Both the position numbers and the translations under genes were made by a program. Of a DNA stretch of 64,000 nucleotides, positions 1-13,329 are shown one piece after another. The DNA comes from Octopus vulgaris. Its lineage: Eukaryota. The stretch covers positions 46,066,001 to 46,130,000 of the forward strand of contig OX597830.1 in NCBI GenBank assembly GCA_951406725.2, given 5' to 3'. Below the pieces are notes generated by a model. It had not been told where the DNA came from, did not search any database, and saw nothing but the letters and a program-made list of their open reading frames with translations. The stretch's first letter is position 1; every line of letters begins with the position of its first letter.

Positions 1-45
<45 letters not shown>

Positions 46-659
46 ATGCATGCATGTATGTATGTGTGTGTGTTGGAAAACAGTATGTGATTCACTTGAT
101 AGTTACAGGTTTCACATATAAGATATGTTTTCTAGTAATCCTTCAAGAGATTGTACAGATATGTGCGAAAGATGTTATATTGGTAAAGGTCCGTGTGAAA
201 TCTGTTCTAAATGGCTAAGACCGGTCGCATAGATCGATTTTTTTCTACTTCTTCAGATTGTAGGGATACTATTATTGTGATACTGTGATCTAAGGGCAAA
301 TAACTCAGTCTAAGCTTATCATCGTCGAAGAAAATTCCTCAGCAAGGCTGCCTAGAGGTGGCTGGAGCTGGTTGGAGCTGGCTGGAGCTGGTTGGAACTG
401 GTTGGAGCTGGCTGGAACTGGCTAAAGGTGACTTTTATGAATTGTGTTCTTCGAGAAGCGGAAAACTTTCAAAATGTTTCAAGAACCTTTGCCTGTGGTT
501 GCTATCGTACAATCGTCCCGATCTTTAAAAAAGTGAAACTGGTCAAGTTAATAAATATCTTTAAAAGACCTCTGCATTTTCAGATCCTCTTCCCTATATA
601 TTTTCACTCGTGCGGTACCTTCCGATTTTACTTTGTTTTACACACACACACACACACAC

Positions 660-870
660 ACGTGGTCTGATCAATAAGTATCCGGACTGTTGCTGTAGCA
701 ACGAAGCTAAAGCATGCGGAGTGAAGCTGCCTGGCACAGATTGACCTTGAACTCTGCTGTGCATGCACACTAATTTTTAAAATTCTAGCTCACTTCCTCT
801 ATTTACAGCAGTGCTTGAAAGGAAGGTGTGTAGCGTGTGATCGTCGCATTGATCATGACAGAAAAAGTTG
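660..870 (+). mobile_element. Mariner-like element end
   Basis: CGTGGTCTGATCAATAAGTATCCGGACT resembles mariner TIRs; no partner TIR seen. Confidence 0.4.
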
Positions 871-1019
871 AGCAAAAAGCTCTTTACTAGGAATAACCTA
901 AAAATTAGTTTTAGTTTCACCCCAAACTTTAAAAGCATAATTACACACAATGCAATGCAACACAACACAAAGCCAGCTGTTCCTTAGAATTAATTATTGT
1001 GAATATCAGTGCCCCAAAA

Positions 1020-1790
1020 TAATGAATCACTACCGAAAAAGAGAACTGAAGCAATCATTGCTGAATTTCCAGTTTGATTTATCTAATAATGCTAAGCAGA
1101 AGAGAATTGCTAACGAAGTTTCGCAGCTCAAGGGAGGCCTTGCAAAGTCTTTGACACCCTCATTGGATGATCTAGGACAGGCTGACTGCCAATCAGTGCA
1201 GCCAGTTCTAGCAAAGTTTGATCTAAAAATTTATGGAAATCAAACACGTGATTTCTCGTCAAGCTGTATACTAGTCGTCCATGGTTAGAGCATTCTCTTT
1301 CAAAGAAACCATTCTTTTGTTTTGCTTGTCGGCACTTTAATACTTTTGCTCAAGCTGATACTTGTTTTACTAAAAATGGATATTCTAATTGGCATCTTGC
1401 AAAAGAAAAAAAAAAGAAAAAGTTTAAATAAGCACGCAAACTCTGCATCCCGCCAACAATATCCACAATATCTGTCTTCAATGTTGCAAAATGATCAGTT
1501 GAGCAAAATCCGTTATTATATCAGTTCCATTGTTGATATTGTTTATTTTCTTTGTTCAAGCAAATTACCTTTTCGAGGAAACGAAAATGAAGCTTTTCAG
1601 AAGATGACATGCAGCCATGCGGTCTTTTTATGAAATTATTCCAGTACACGTTAGAGAAAGACTTTGTAAAAAAAATGCGACCTACACCTCAGCAGCAATG
1701 CAAAACGAAATCATCGAATTGTTGAGAAGACACACTGTCAGCCTCGTGGTCGATGAAATAAAATGTTCCAATGTTCCTTCCTTTGCGTAT
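1020..1790 (+). pseudogene. Decayed hAT-family (ZMYM1/TTF zinc finger, DUF4371-type) transposase
   Basis: Frameshifted pieces: LDDLG...QPVL, WLEHSLSKKPFFCFACRHF...GYSNW, FLCSSKLPFRG, KNATYTSAAMQNEIIELL. Confidence 0.75.
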
Positions 1791-1799
1791 ATATATATA

Positions 1800-1900
1800 C
1801 AGGGGTTGGACAAAATAATGGAAACACCTTAAAATTTCAAACAAATTTATTTTAATATGCGGTATCTGTTGATTCTTTAATTTATTTTTTAACATTAACT
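1800..1900 (+). mobile_element. Tc1/mariner-type terminal inverted repeat fragment
   Basis: TA|CAGGGGTTGGACAAAATAATGGAAACACCT after a TA run; it truncates the hAT relic. Confidence 0.5.
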
Positions 1901-2187
1901 TATTAAATCCTCTAAGATTTAGTTGTAACTCTTATTCCTAAATAATTTAACATTCAGCAGGTTTCTCCATTCACGACTACCTACACACCCATACCCCCAG
2001 AGCTAAAAATATTTCTACAGCCACTGACCTTCGCCATAAAACGGACAAACACTTGCGACTAGATTTCCTCCCCAACCCCTACAAACTAGAAGAATAGCAC
2101 TGGCCCTTACTATTCTCTTTCAATCCCTTTCATCTTACTCTATTTTGTTTTGTAAGTCATATACGTTATTATTATTGGAAACATTCA

Positions 2188-2243
2188 GTCTTACAACTGT
2201 TTCTGGGATATCCCAAAGTATGGGATATTCCGTCATCAGAGAC
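2188..2243 (-). ncRNA. Minimal type-I hammerhead ribozyme motif
   Basis: Minus strand reads GUCU CUGAUGA C-GGAAUAUCCCA-UACUU-UGGGAUAUCCC-A GAAA CAGUUG UA AGAC. The core is complete, stems I-III form, and the cleavage triplet is GUA. Confidence 0.7.
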
Positions 2244-4416
2244 AACGGGGATAGGATCGCAAATCTAAACCCATTAAATTCACTAACTATACGGGGGGAA
2301 TCCAGATTTAATCAAAGGTGATTTATTAATACAAACTCAATATCGGTAATTGTTCACTGATTTCAAATGAGCCAAAGCCATCAAAATCGTTCATAAAGCT
2401 ATCCTAAACTAAAACTTTCGTAAATGGCATCACTCAGCAAAGTTGACTTACTTCCCTTTGCTACTCTTATGAGTTATCTCCCCTTTAATATTTTATTTAC
2501 TTTTTTTCTAACCTCCGTAAACTGAACAATTACCTTCAAAATCCACTAAAAAAAAATCATACTTTTTCACATTTGCTTTTCACTCAAAACCTTCCTGATT
2601 ACCTCCTTCGTAATCCCGAAAAACATTCTGACCATTGGTCCAGCCGTTTCACCGTGAAGAGGCAACAGACAGACAGACATAACACCCATTATAGTAAGAT
2701 ATATATATACCTGTGTGTGTGTATGGGGGGGGTCTCTTTCAGCAGTTCAGAAAAAATTAAGCAGAACTGTGAGTAAACTGTTCATATTTATGTTTTTTTT
2801 TCCAATAAAAGGCGAATGGCAGAATTAGAGGAGTACCTCGTGGTATTTAGTTGTGTATCTTCAAAGTTGAAATCCCATCAAGAGTGATAATATGCTTGAA
2901 GTTGATTGATTAAAATTCTTTATAGGCAACCAATAATTATATTTGCAGCAATGTCATTGATTTTTTGATGCAGACAGCAGGCCATAAATTAAGGTGGTGG
3001 GCAATGAGAGCAGGCACCAGTCGTGCCTTTCGGAAGAACAGCAGTATAACTAAGATTGAAGATTTGTGTGGAACTAAGAACTAAAACTTAAGACTAGTAT
3101 TATTAAGAACTAAGGATTGATATCAGCTTTTTGCAGATTATTTTCTCTACAACACATAAAGAAATACAGATTCTGATTCTGAATTTGCACTAATTTATAA
3201 TTAGTAGCATGCTGCTAATTAAAAACTATCTAATAACGAAACAAAGAAATATTCCATTGACTTACAGTAGGAGGCTTGAAAGAGAAGTAAATTAATTGTT
3301 AGTTAATTGTCTCAGAAATTTAATTCTGATGATTTGATGTACCACAAGAGAACTCGACATGAGAAAATGTTACTCTATTCTCATAAGAGGTTCAAATCCT
3401 GCAAGACATGACCCTATAGACGGCATGAAGGGATTCATATTTAATCAACAGAACTCTATTTTATTAACAGCACAACGTTTTGTCAGTGAACAGGTCGGGG
3501 TCTCAAAGTGACGAAAATATTTTGACAAATTAAATTTAAATGTTGAAGTGAATCTAACGGTTTTCATGTGCTTCTTAAATGGCTCATAAACACCTTCCAT
3601 GCTGCAATTGTTTTTGTTCCAGCACACGATCTCAGATCAGGTCACTTGCTATGCAAGTACATCTCCGTAATATATTTTATTAATTAGTCATAAACCAAGC
3701 ACAAGCACCAATGTTCCTGGAACAACATCTTCACATCACATAAATGCATACTAATACACTGAACATGACCATTGTCCAGATTCTCTTGAACCAATCTTTT
3801 GGAGTTGTCTATCTGTTTCACTCCTTCACTAAACAGTTATTCACTTTCCTTGTGGTGATAAATACAGTCCTGAGGATTAGGTCCGTTTCCTGGGCCATTT
3901 GTAGGTTCCACCGTTGCCGAGTTACGATGTCTGTGAATATTGTATCAGATTGGTGCCACCATTCGATTATTGGTGCTGTGCTCTTCCCTATTTATCTGAA
4001 TGAAATAATAACAGAAAACAACTTCCACTTTAGACTGAATTGAATAGAAACTAATAAATAATATTTTGTCCACAAAATAAATTATTAAAATATAAATAAT
4101 GAACAAAATAAGACTGGGCCATTAAGGGAACTTCGAATGAATCACTTAGTCTTTGATTGGGAACAACCAAACAATAAACATGTTTGGCTCAAAATAATAA
4201 ACTTAGTTTCAGATTTAAGTAAACAATACAAACTCTTAAATTAAATCTATATTCTGATGAATATCCTGAAATGCTTTTAATTTACTTCTTTAAGTTTCTA
4301 GAGATTTTCCCTTTTGTGTGTGTGTGTGTAACATTAAATTTGTAAAATACAGATCAAGAGAATAGATGTTATTAAAAAACAAATTAGAAAATTACTCTTT
4401 TTAAATCCCACAACAA

Positions 4417-4868
4417 GAGATATTCAGCAACAGTACTTTGGAGTAAAAATTGTTTGCCAACATAACATGGCAGACCTGGTTTAGGACGAATGTTGCTGTA
4501 ATTTAGCCCCAGGAGACATCGTCTCCAGTTGGCTATACATGATCTATGTCCTTATATTTTTGAAGAAACGGAATCTAGCACCCCCACTCAGCTCGAAACA
4601 ATATCTGTCTATCGCTATTTCCAGGTTATTTCCCTTCATCAACACAGAATAATTGTTTGGCTGGAGGTGGCACTGCTAAATTCCCATTCAGAATATATAG
4701 TTTTCAAAGTGACAACTAGTCACTGATCTATAAATTAGAAAATTACTATTTTTAAATCTCACAGATCGTGTCGTATAGCCAGATGGAGACCATGTTTCCT
4801 GGGGCTAAATTACAGCAACATTAGTCCTAAACCAGGACTGCCATGTTATGTTGGCAAACAATCTTTAC
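4417..4868 (-). mobile_element. Inverted-repeat element with degenerate hammerhead (PLE-like)
   Basis: ~105-bp inverted arms at 4443-4548 and 4761-4868; hammerhead-like motif at 4605-4647. Confidence 0.55.
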
Positions 4869-5039
4869 AACAAATAAACAAATGTTTGAAAGTCTGAGGA
4901 GAAATATCATTATTGACAATACAGTTGCACATTTAAGTACTTTCATTATAAAAGGATTGTTTCAAACGGAATTGTCAGCATTTCAATAGTTTATACTTGA
5001 AACATGGAGGCTAACGGAAAGGAAATTGAGTGAAGCTTT

Positions 5040-5146
5040 TATGTGTTGGAGAGAGAGAGAGGATGTAATCTGTGAGAGGGGAGACAGTGCACATAGGTAT
5101 GAGGAAGAGTATGAGATGGAGAGTGTGTGTATGTGAGAAAGAGAGA

Positions 5147-5178
<32 letters not shown>

Positions 5179-5315
5179 AAGTATGTGAGGAAGAGGGAAT
5201 GTGTGTATGTGAGAGAGAATGTGTTTGTGTGAGAGAGAAAGAGAGACTGTGTGTATGTGTGAGAGAGGATGTGTGTGTATGTGTGAGAAAGAGAGAATGT
5301 GTGTGTATGTGTGTT
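5040..5315. repeat. Compound (GA)n/(GT)n low-complexity tract
   Basis: Direct reading. Confidence 0.85.
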
Positions 5316-7739
5316 TCCATTTTTACTGGGGTTTTTTTTTTTAATGGTCTTGTAGTTTGTTATGCCCTTATATATTCTGTAACTTAGCAGGCTGACAAAT
5401 AGATATTAATGAAATAAGTATCAGTCTGGTGTAAGTGTTGGATTTGAACTAATGACTAAAAGTCTTGAAAGCAGTGCCCCAGCATGGCCACGCACCCAAT
5501 GATTGACACTAGTAAAAGAATGCTTTAAACTCCATATCCAGAGATGTTTGAGTATTTTGAGATTTGCATAATTTAAAAGCAAAATCTTTGCCAAATTGTT
5601 GCAATCTGATGATTTGGACTCACTTCCACCAATAATTTTTCGTTTTCAAAAACAGAAAACTTGAAATTCTTGGAGCTTCACAATATGTATTGTTGTTGTT
5701 ATTTAGTCCCAAGTTGAACCTGATGGAATGAAACCTGTAATACAATGCATTCCAGCCACAACACTACATTATCTTCTGTCTTATTATGAGATGGTAAGCT
5801 GTGGTTGAAGGAAATTTAACTGCTATTTTCAGCAGATAAAGTGATCATATGGTATTCATTGATAAAAGGAGATTCAAACAAATCGATTTTGTTATTAGAA
5901 GCCAGCTCCTACTTTTGTGTTTCTTGTTACATCACTCATCAGTCTGATTTAACATTTAGATTCAACAACAGTCGTTAATCATATGAAACTATTTGTGTCA
6001 CATGAACAATGTCTGTCTGTCGGAATTTCTTTGTACCCAGTTCCTATGAGTTTTGTTTCCTTTAAATAGAAACAAAAAAATATCAAATTGCACACATGTG
6101 TGAACGATCAGAGTTCAATTCCTAGACAACCTCAAATATTTTAGGTGCAGCCTTAGCCATGGGGTTAAGAAATTGATTTAATAACCATCTGGCATAAGGT
6201 TTGGTCCCATTGCATGGAAGTTTTTCTGCAATGTGTGTGTCTGTGTGTCTCCCTATGCTGGTATCTATGCCCTGCAACCTGAGAGTACATGAATACAGAT
6301 CACTAAGATATGTATCAGGCACAAAAATAAGTAACTGGGGTCAATATGTTAGGCTAAAAAGCCTTCAAGGTGTTGCTTCAGCATGGCCACAGCCCAACAA
6401 AGGGCAGAAAAGAGAATAGACATACAAATACAGTAATTTAAATGGACAAAACCATTTTAAACACATATAAAACTGGTTTTATATTTGGGTTGCATCAATA
6501 ATGAATCTTTTAAATATGATTTCCATCGTTAATAGAAATGGTGCACAGACTTCGATTGTTTACTCACAAGCTGAAACAGGTTGGTTCTATGTTTGAAGGT
6601 TCATCTGGAGAAATATAACCACACCACCAAACAAACAAAAAAAATAAACAGTTTGCTTGGTCTTACGCATGATTTACTATAGTTTAAATGGAAGAAGTTC
6701 CCTGGGGCCAGTGTTTGGTTCTGGTTTCAATAGAGATGGATTTGAAATAAATCTTGCTTTGGATAAGATGTTAGGTCTCTTACAAACAACTTCTGCAGTA
6801 AAACTGGCCCAAAACACAAATAATCACTGGTCCACTGTTGGACATTATCTTTTGCCTCTTTCTTCTACCATCATTACACTAGGTTCTACAAACTCAATTA
6901 TGGCTGGATCCCACATTTTGCATTCACTTCCATTCTCCTATCACAACAGATAGTGTTTCCAATCTCACAAATTTTATGTACAACATAATTTCTTTGAATT
7001 TCACTTCACAGAAACCCCCAACCCCTACGTTCTGTTGAATTCCTTCTCCACTAACAACCACCCCAACCTCACCTGGTTATATTGACCTGTCTGAGAACGT
7101 GTAAAATAGAGAAGCAACAATTCGCCTCAAATTAACAAAGAAAAAAAGGAAATAATAATAAGAACAAAAATCCATTTTTTTTTTTGTAAATTATGTAATA
7201 TTTGTCATATCCAAGTTTTAAAACTATTTTCTCAGTTACACAACAGTTTTTTTTACTAAACTAGAAAGAAAGAATGATTCTGAAAATTCTGATCTTAATG
7301 TAAATATTAAGGATATGTACTTGACAGTTGGATGCACTTCCTAATATTGGGAGAAGAAAGAAAAGTAAACCTAGGGACACAAATTGCAGGGGCTGCAGTC
7401 AAGAACTTCAGCAAATTCCTTTCTTCAATACATTATTATATCTTTTCACATTTAATCAGCAGCTAACAATTAGGAAAATGGAAAAAAATGCAATAATAAT
7501 AATAATAATAATATCTAAATGTTTACTTTGGTGTGTTTTTACACCACATCAAGTTTACCTCAAAAACTGAGAACACTTTATATTCTAAACTTGCTAAGCC
7601 ATATTTACCTGCTTTGTATGTATGTGTACACACACACACACACACTCACTCACACACACACACTCACACATGCACACACACACATACACACACACACACA
7701 CTGCCGTTCCTAAACCCTACACATCCAATGCTCAGACTC

Positions 7740-9184
7740 CTCGTCTATCTTTTCTCATTTATTGAAATAAACAATAATTTATTAATAATAAGGAAAGCCA
7801 GAAAGGCTCAACCTTCACTGCCAGAAAAATCAAACCCAAACAACAGCCAGAAAATCAGGCCAAATACTGGTGCCAGTTAGGCCAAGGGCCTTCATTAGGC
7901 TGCATTTTATGATTAGGAAGGGTAAATTTTTACAGAAAAGCCAAAAAGTAACTTTTAAAACATTAACAAAAAGAAGGGGAAAAAATAAACTCAGAAAAGT
8001 TCATGTAACATTGCTTAACACAGAAGGACCTTATTTACAGTCTTTATCACAAAAAGCAGTAAGAAATATAGTGATTAAGGGCAGTCTTGGATTAATTTCA
8101 ATGAATATATTGGACATTTTTTTGGTTTGATTTCTTTCTTTTTTTTTTGTTTTTTGCTTTTTTGTTTTCATTAGACTTGTATATTCCAATTTGTCTGTCA
8201 GTCTGTTGGCATGTTTCACAGCCAACCAAATGATTCTTCAAGTTGTTCCTCCATCCATTCCAGATCACAGTAGTCTGTTCAACTACTTTTAAGATTTATT
8301 TATCAAGAAATGCAAACATTTGGTGATAGTTTACTGATCAATCATCAATCATGCAACCATTTCACTCATCTGCAATCATTCAGTTTGGTTATTTTCAAAC
8401 GATTCATACAAGACATCATCCTCACCCATCCTCACCAAACCAAGTGTTGGAATTCAACTTGATGGCATCAATTTTTCTTCAATTTTTCCTTTTCTGCTTC
8501 ATTTTCTTTGTTCTATTCCAACAGAAGAACTCTTTTGGAACAAATTAGGAGTAAATAATATTTATAAAGTCAACCATTTTTAATGGAAAATGAACCAAAG
8601 TGAATTTTGCTATTTTGTTTTCAGGGCCAGAAGGCGAAGATGGAAGTCTGTGTTAAAAAATTTCCATACAATGTATAACAAAAGGGAGCTGTCAGTGTAT
8701 GACCGCAGCTAGTATCAATGCCATAGTTCTGAAAAGAAGGGCATTTAAAACCAATCAGCTTATTAATGTACCAACATTTCAGATTGATCTCTTGTACACT
8801 TTTTTCCTCCTTGTGTTAATATGTCTGCTCGTGTAGGGAAACAGCTATTTGTCAGGGCTTCTATATCCAACAGTCTCCACCTAAAATCATCACATTCTAC
8901 CAACGAAACAAGATGACAAAAGACTGATCTATAGTCGTTGTCCCCCAGAGATCTGTTTAGCAGTTGTGCAAAGAAGAAGAGCACAACCACAGACAAAAAT
9001 CTACTGCATCAGATGAAATGTAATGACAGCAGCAGTAGCAGCAGCAGCAGCAGCAGAAGCATCAGTCGTTGTGATTAATAACAACAGGAGGAGGAAGAAA
9101 AGGAAGAGAAAAAAGAACAGAGAGAAGAAGAGGTATTCATCCACAGGAATTAGTAGAGACAAATGTCACTCAGTTCAGCTGGTG
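7740..9184 (-). other. Probable 3' UTR of RasGAP (end uncertain)
   Basis: Transposon-free sequence after the stop, with a (CTG)n tract near 9027-9060 and a candidate AATAAA at 7758-7763 (minus). Confidence 0.45.
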
Positions 9185-9259
9185 TCACGATTCTCCCATG
9201 TAACATTTCTTGTGCGCTGTTAATCGTGCTGTGACAGCCAGCAGTTTCTTCAGTTCCGG
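9185..9259 (-). CDS. RASA1: Exon 24, terminal (PELKKLLAVTARLTAHKKCYMGES*)
   Basis: ttcag| acceptor; LKKLLA motif; TGA at 9187-9185. Confidence 0.93.
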   Translation of the reverse strand, partial: PELKKLLAVTARLTAHKKCYMGES

Positions 9260-10235
9260 CTGAAAGGTAAAAATTAATTGAATGTTAATTAATACTCAAG
9301 CCCAAAGTGGTTTTGGGGGTTTTTAAATCTCTGACATATCATAAAAATAGTTGCAATGAAATAAGACCAGAATCGACAAGAGAGCTTTTACATAATTCCC
9401 AAGTTTGCTCGATGCAACAAACTTGATTTGTTCAATGTAAAACCCAAACAACAAAACACTGCCAAACATTAGACATAACTGATGTGACTCCAACTACAAC
9501 AACAACAACATACTGAGATCAGTTCTAAGTTCAAATTGAATGTAAAAACAGAATTTGCTCAACAAACAAACTACAAATTCAGATTTAAAAGTATTACAAA
9601 CATTAATAATTTATTATTTTTTAATAAGATTCCTTCACTGTTAAAAATGTCAAAATATCTCTCAACACCTTCCTACCAACATTTATCAAATAGCGAGCAT
9701 GGCTGTGTGGTTAGGGAGCTTGCTTCCTAGCTATATGGTTTCGGGTTCAGTCTCACTGCATGGCACTTTGGGTAGGTGTCTTCCACTATAGCCCCGAGCC
9801 GACCGGAGCTTTGTGATTGAATTCGGTAGGTGGAAGTTACTGCCGTGTGTGTATGTGTGCGTATAGCTGCTCAGTGCCTCTCCGAAAGAGAGAGAGGGAA
9901 ACCAATGTTTAGGACAAACACCTTGAATACTCACAACATTTAATTGAATATCACAATTTTTGCCCCTGGTTACAAATACTTGCCATAATTCACTTCCAAC
10001 CATCCATCCAACAGTTCTCACCCTTTCCGTCTGCTATCACCAACATCACTTCAACATCCCTCACTTTATATCACTCCATACCCCACCTTCATCCAATGTT
10101 GGTATTAGGTTTTAATCTGATTTATTTCTTAGTTGTTGTTGTTGTTTTTACAGTGTTAAAAGGAATAAATAAAGAGCAGAGATAATGAAATAACGTTTAA
10201 TAAAATAAAATATGTGGAGTTTTTTTTTTATTTAC

Positions 10236-10358
10236 CTTTGTTTCTGAAGCCAGTTTGATCTCTGCTACGTGACTAGCACAAAGTGTGTGTATCGTTGCCA
10301 TATCACGAGCAAGATCTCCTGGTGTTTCTTGGTTTGTTTTTGGACATTCTGGAACATT
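10236..10358 (-). CDS. RASA1: Exon 23 (NVPECPKTNQETPGDLARDMATIHTLCASH...ETK)
   Basis: acag| acceptor, |gtaaat donor. Confidence 0.93.
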
Positions 10359-10519
10359 CTGTAATAAAATCATTTATAGGAATCTATCGATTAGATAATT
10401 GATTGTTAAAAATGGCATCAATATAACCAAATGTAGAATATTTCAATGGTTGGTTGTTTATAAGAGATTATGGTCAAAGCTAAGAATGCAAAATAAAATT
10501 TGAAATCTCAATGTACTCA

Positions 10520-11036
10520 GTGAAGCAACAGTGACTATTAATAGAAGAGTGTTTGTTCTCTCCAAATTCTGTCATCTCAAACAGGGTATGGACACATTGA
10601 TACTTCGACGTCTGGCAGCTGACTTGGCAGACACCCATAAAATTATCAACCATCATACAAACAATAACTCTCAGCACCTTTTCAAACTCCACCCATCTAA
10701 CACCCGTGGACATATTTACAAAGTCAGAAAACAGCACAGCTCCCATGACTTCAGGGAACATTTTTTCACGCTGAGAGTTGCTGAAGCATGGAACAAACTG
10801 CTGGCATCAGTTGTTAGTTGTCGGAGCACTGCATCCTTCAAAACTTCCATACTTTCTGAGATTCGCCAACACTACACCTGATTTTCTCCCCTCCATACAC
10901 ACACAGGCATGTATCTGACTCATACATTGTTCGCTTTTCAGACACTTTTACATTACTGCATGTACTTTATATGCACTTTCTGACAAGTTGTGGTGCACCT
11001 GAGCACTGTATACAATAATTTCATTATTATTATTAT
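10520..11036 (+). mobile_element. CR1/L2-type LINE 3' end
   Basis: ORF ending TRGH...FFTLRVAEAWNKL, then a 3' UTR and (ATT)n tail; an antisense copy lies at 31070-31305. Confidence 0.75.
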
Positions 11037-11333
11037 TTTTAATCAAATCAATTCAATTAAAGTGTAAGAAAATGATGACAGCAGCAGCAGCAGTCATCGT
11101 CATCGATTACTTTTGTATGTTTGCATAGGGTTCGATGGAGACTTCCCACCAATGCAAGCATCACAAAGCATTTGTTATAGTCCTTTGTGAGATTCAACCT
11201 CTTCACATTGGCCCTTGCCACGTCTTCCCCTAAAACAGGTTCTTCCTTTCATTTCAATTATTCAACACTGCTCTACCCATCGCTCATCCTCCATAACTAT
11301 TACATGTTCCCAGCAGTTTAGTCTACTCTCTTG

Positions 11334-11660
11334 TGAAGGTACATGGCTCAGTGGTTAGAGCATCAGGCTCACAATCATGAGGTAGTGAGTTCAATTTCCA
11401 GACCAGGCTGTGTGATGAGTTCTTGAACAAGACCCTTTATTTCCCATCACTCCAGTTCACTCATCTGTAGAAATGAGTTGCGACATCACTGGTGCCACGC
11501 TGTATTGGCCCCTTTGCCTTTCTCTTGGATAACATTGGCCACATGGGTGACTGCTGGTCCTTCATAAACAGCCTTGCCCAGGACTTGTACCTCGGAGGGT
11601 AACTTTCTAGGTGCAATCCCATGCTCATTCATGTCCAAAGGGGGTCTTTAACCCTTTACT
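11334..11660 (+). mobile_element. tRNA-derived SINE, family C, inserted into an RTE fragment
   Basis: TGGCTCAGTGG...GAGTTCAATT head. Relatives at 17998-18310, 22398-22700 and 52265-52580 (-). Confidence 0.65.
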
Positions 11661-11875
11661 TTAGTCTCCTCTCCTGTACACTATTGCTCATTCCTCTTAT
11701 ATCCACGTTTTAGCTAAGATTATTTCTGCACAGTCGTTCATGCCTCCTAAGATTACACATCCAGGGGATTGAACTCCCTTCATTACTTTCCAGTCTTACA
11801 ACGTCATTCATCTTCACATAAGTTGAGCAAATCCCTAAATTTCATTATATGCCATCATTATTACAGATGGTATTT

Positions 11876-12110
11876 TAAGGTGGCGAGCTGGCAGAAACGT
11901 TAGCATGCCGGGCGAAATGCTTAGCGGTATTTCGTCTGCGTTACGTTGAGAGTTCAAATTCCGCCAAGGTCGACTTTGCCTTTCATCCTTTCGGGGTCGA
12001 TAAATTAAGTACCAGTTACGCACTGGGGTCGATGTAATCGACTTAATACCTATGTCTGTCCTTGTTTGTCCCCTCTGTGTTTAGCCCCTTGTGGGTAATA
12101 AAGAAATAGG
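11876..12110 (+). mobile_element. tRNA-derived SINE, family B (Deu/Nin-like central domain)
   Basis: GACTTTGCCTTTCATCCTTTCGGGGTCGATAAA. A near-identical copy lies at 41942-42177 (+) and an antisense copy at 36545-36765. Confidence 0.75.
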
Positions 12111-12368
12111 TATTTTAAAGTAGTTGGCATAAAACCCATGCCAAAGCAAACAGTAGAGCTTGGTGCAGTCCTCTGGCTTGCCAGTTCCTGCTAAGCCATG
12201 GAAGACATGCATTAAATGATAATGATGATGATGGAATTATAATAATTACACCATGACCACAAATCTATCATGATTAAACAGTAACCATGTAATACAGACT
12301 TCAATGAAGACTTCCTTATTAAGACATCGTACAGAAAATAATAGTTTGAGTTTTAACTTGCAACTCAC

Positions 12369-12446
12369 CGATAAAGTATCCAAAAAAGTTATCATCCGTT
12401 CTTTGTTCATTTTAATAAATGGATTCACTACCTTCATATAAGGTTC
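12369..12446 (-). CDS. RASA1: Exon 22 (EPYMKVVNPFIKMNKERMITFLDTLS)
   Basis: ccag| acceptor, |gtgagt donor. Confidence 0.96.
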
Positions 12447-12663
12447 CTGGAAGAACAGCAAACGACATTTATTGAATTTCCAATATATACTCATGGAATG
12501 GAATGCAAAAAGCATCATGTACGTCTGACATAAATATCACTAATTCCTGTTACGTTACTATTTCACAAGTAATAATAACTTCAGAAATAAAGTTTTACAT
12601 ATTTTTGAATGGATACAAAAAAAAGGGGGGGGGGAAGTATTAATAAACTCATTTCAAACTTAC

Positions 12664-12752
12664 CTTAGCACCGAATTCAACTAAATTTGCTAAGTTCTGT
12701 AATGATTTGGCAACAAGCTTCAATGAACGGATTGCCATTTCAGTTGGTGTTT
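12664..12752 (-). CDS. RASA1: Exon 21, GAP (TPTEMAIRSLKLVAKSLQNLANLVEFGAK)
   Basis: acag| acceptor, |gtaagt donor; AKxLQNLAN motif. Confidence 0.96.
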
Positions 12753-13329
12753 CTGTAAAAGAAATTATTGAAAACATTTAACGTCCTCCAAATGTTGACT
12801 GATTGTAGTGATGAGGATTTGTCAGAAACGCTCATTAAGGTGAATAACAACAGCAATATTTCTAATCTTGTTTCTCAGTTACTATAATTGTTTTTTGTGT
12901 CTGTTCTCTCCTAAGATGTTCCTGCTTTTGTAACACTAGACAGAGTTTGGACATTGCAGAAGAATTACTGCTGCCAATCTTGTTTATGCTGAATGGTGAC
13001 TTATACAGATGAACTTCAAGAATATTTAATGGAGATTAGAAAAAATTCCTTTCACCAAAGTAAATTTTAAGGTTTTTGCCTCAAAGACAAATATAATTAT
13101 TTAAGTTATTTAAGTAATTATATCAGAAATGTTAAGACCTGATCAATTCTGCTGGACATAGGAAAGGAGTGGGAAGCAATTCCATTCGTTGCACCAAATG
13201 TAAGCTACGGACACGGAAGAGATGCAGTGAAATCACAGGTAGATTAAAAAATGAGGTCACCCTTTGTGTGAGGCAGGTGTGCAGAAACAATAAGCACTAA
13301 GAGCACATGAGACTTGATACTCTCTCAAA

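Noticed and set aside
4250-4282. CTGATGA ATATCCT GAAA motif
   Set aside because: No credible stem II or III; expected by chance in AT-rich DNA.
9170-9187. TGA-C stop context suggesting readthrough
   Set aside because: Another in-frame TGA follows five codons later and there is no supporting structure.
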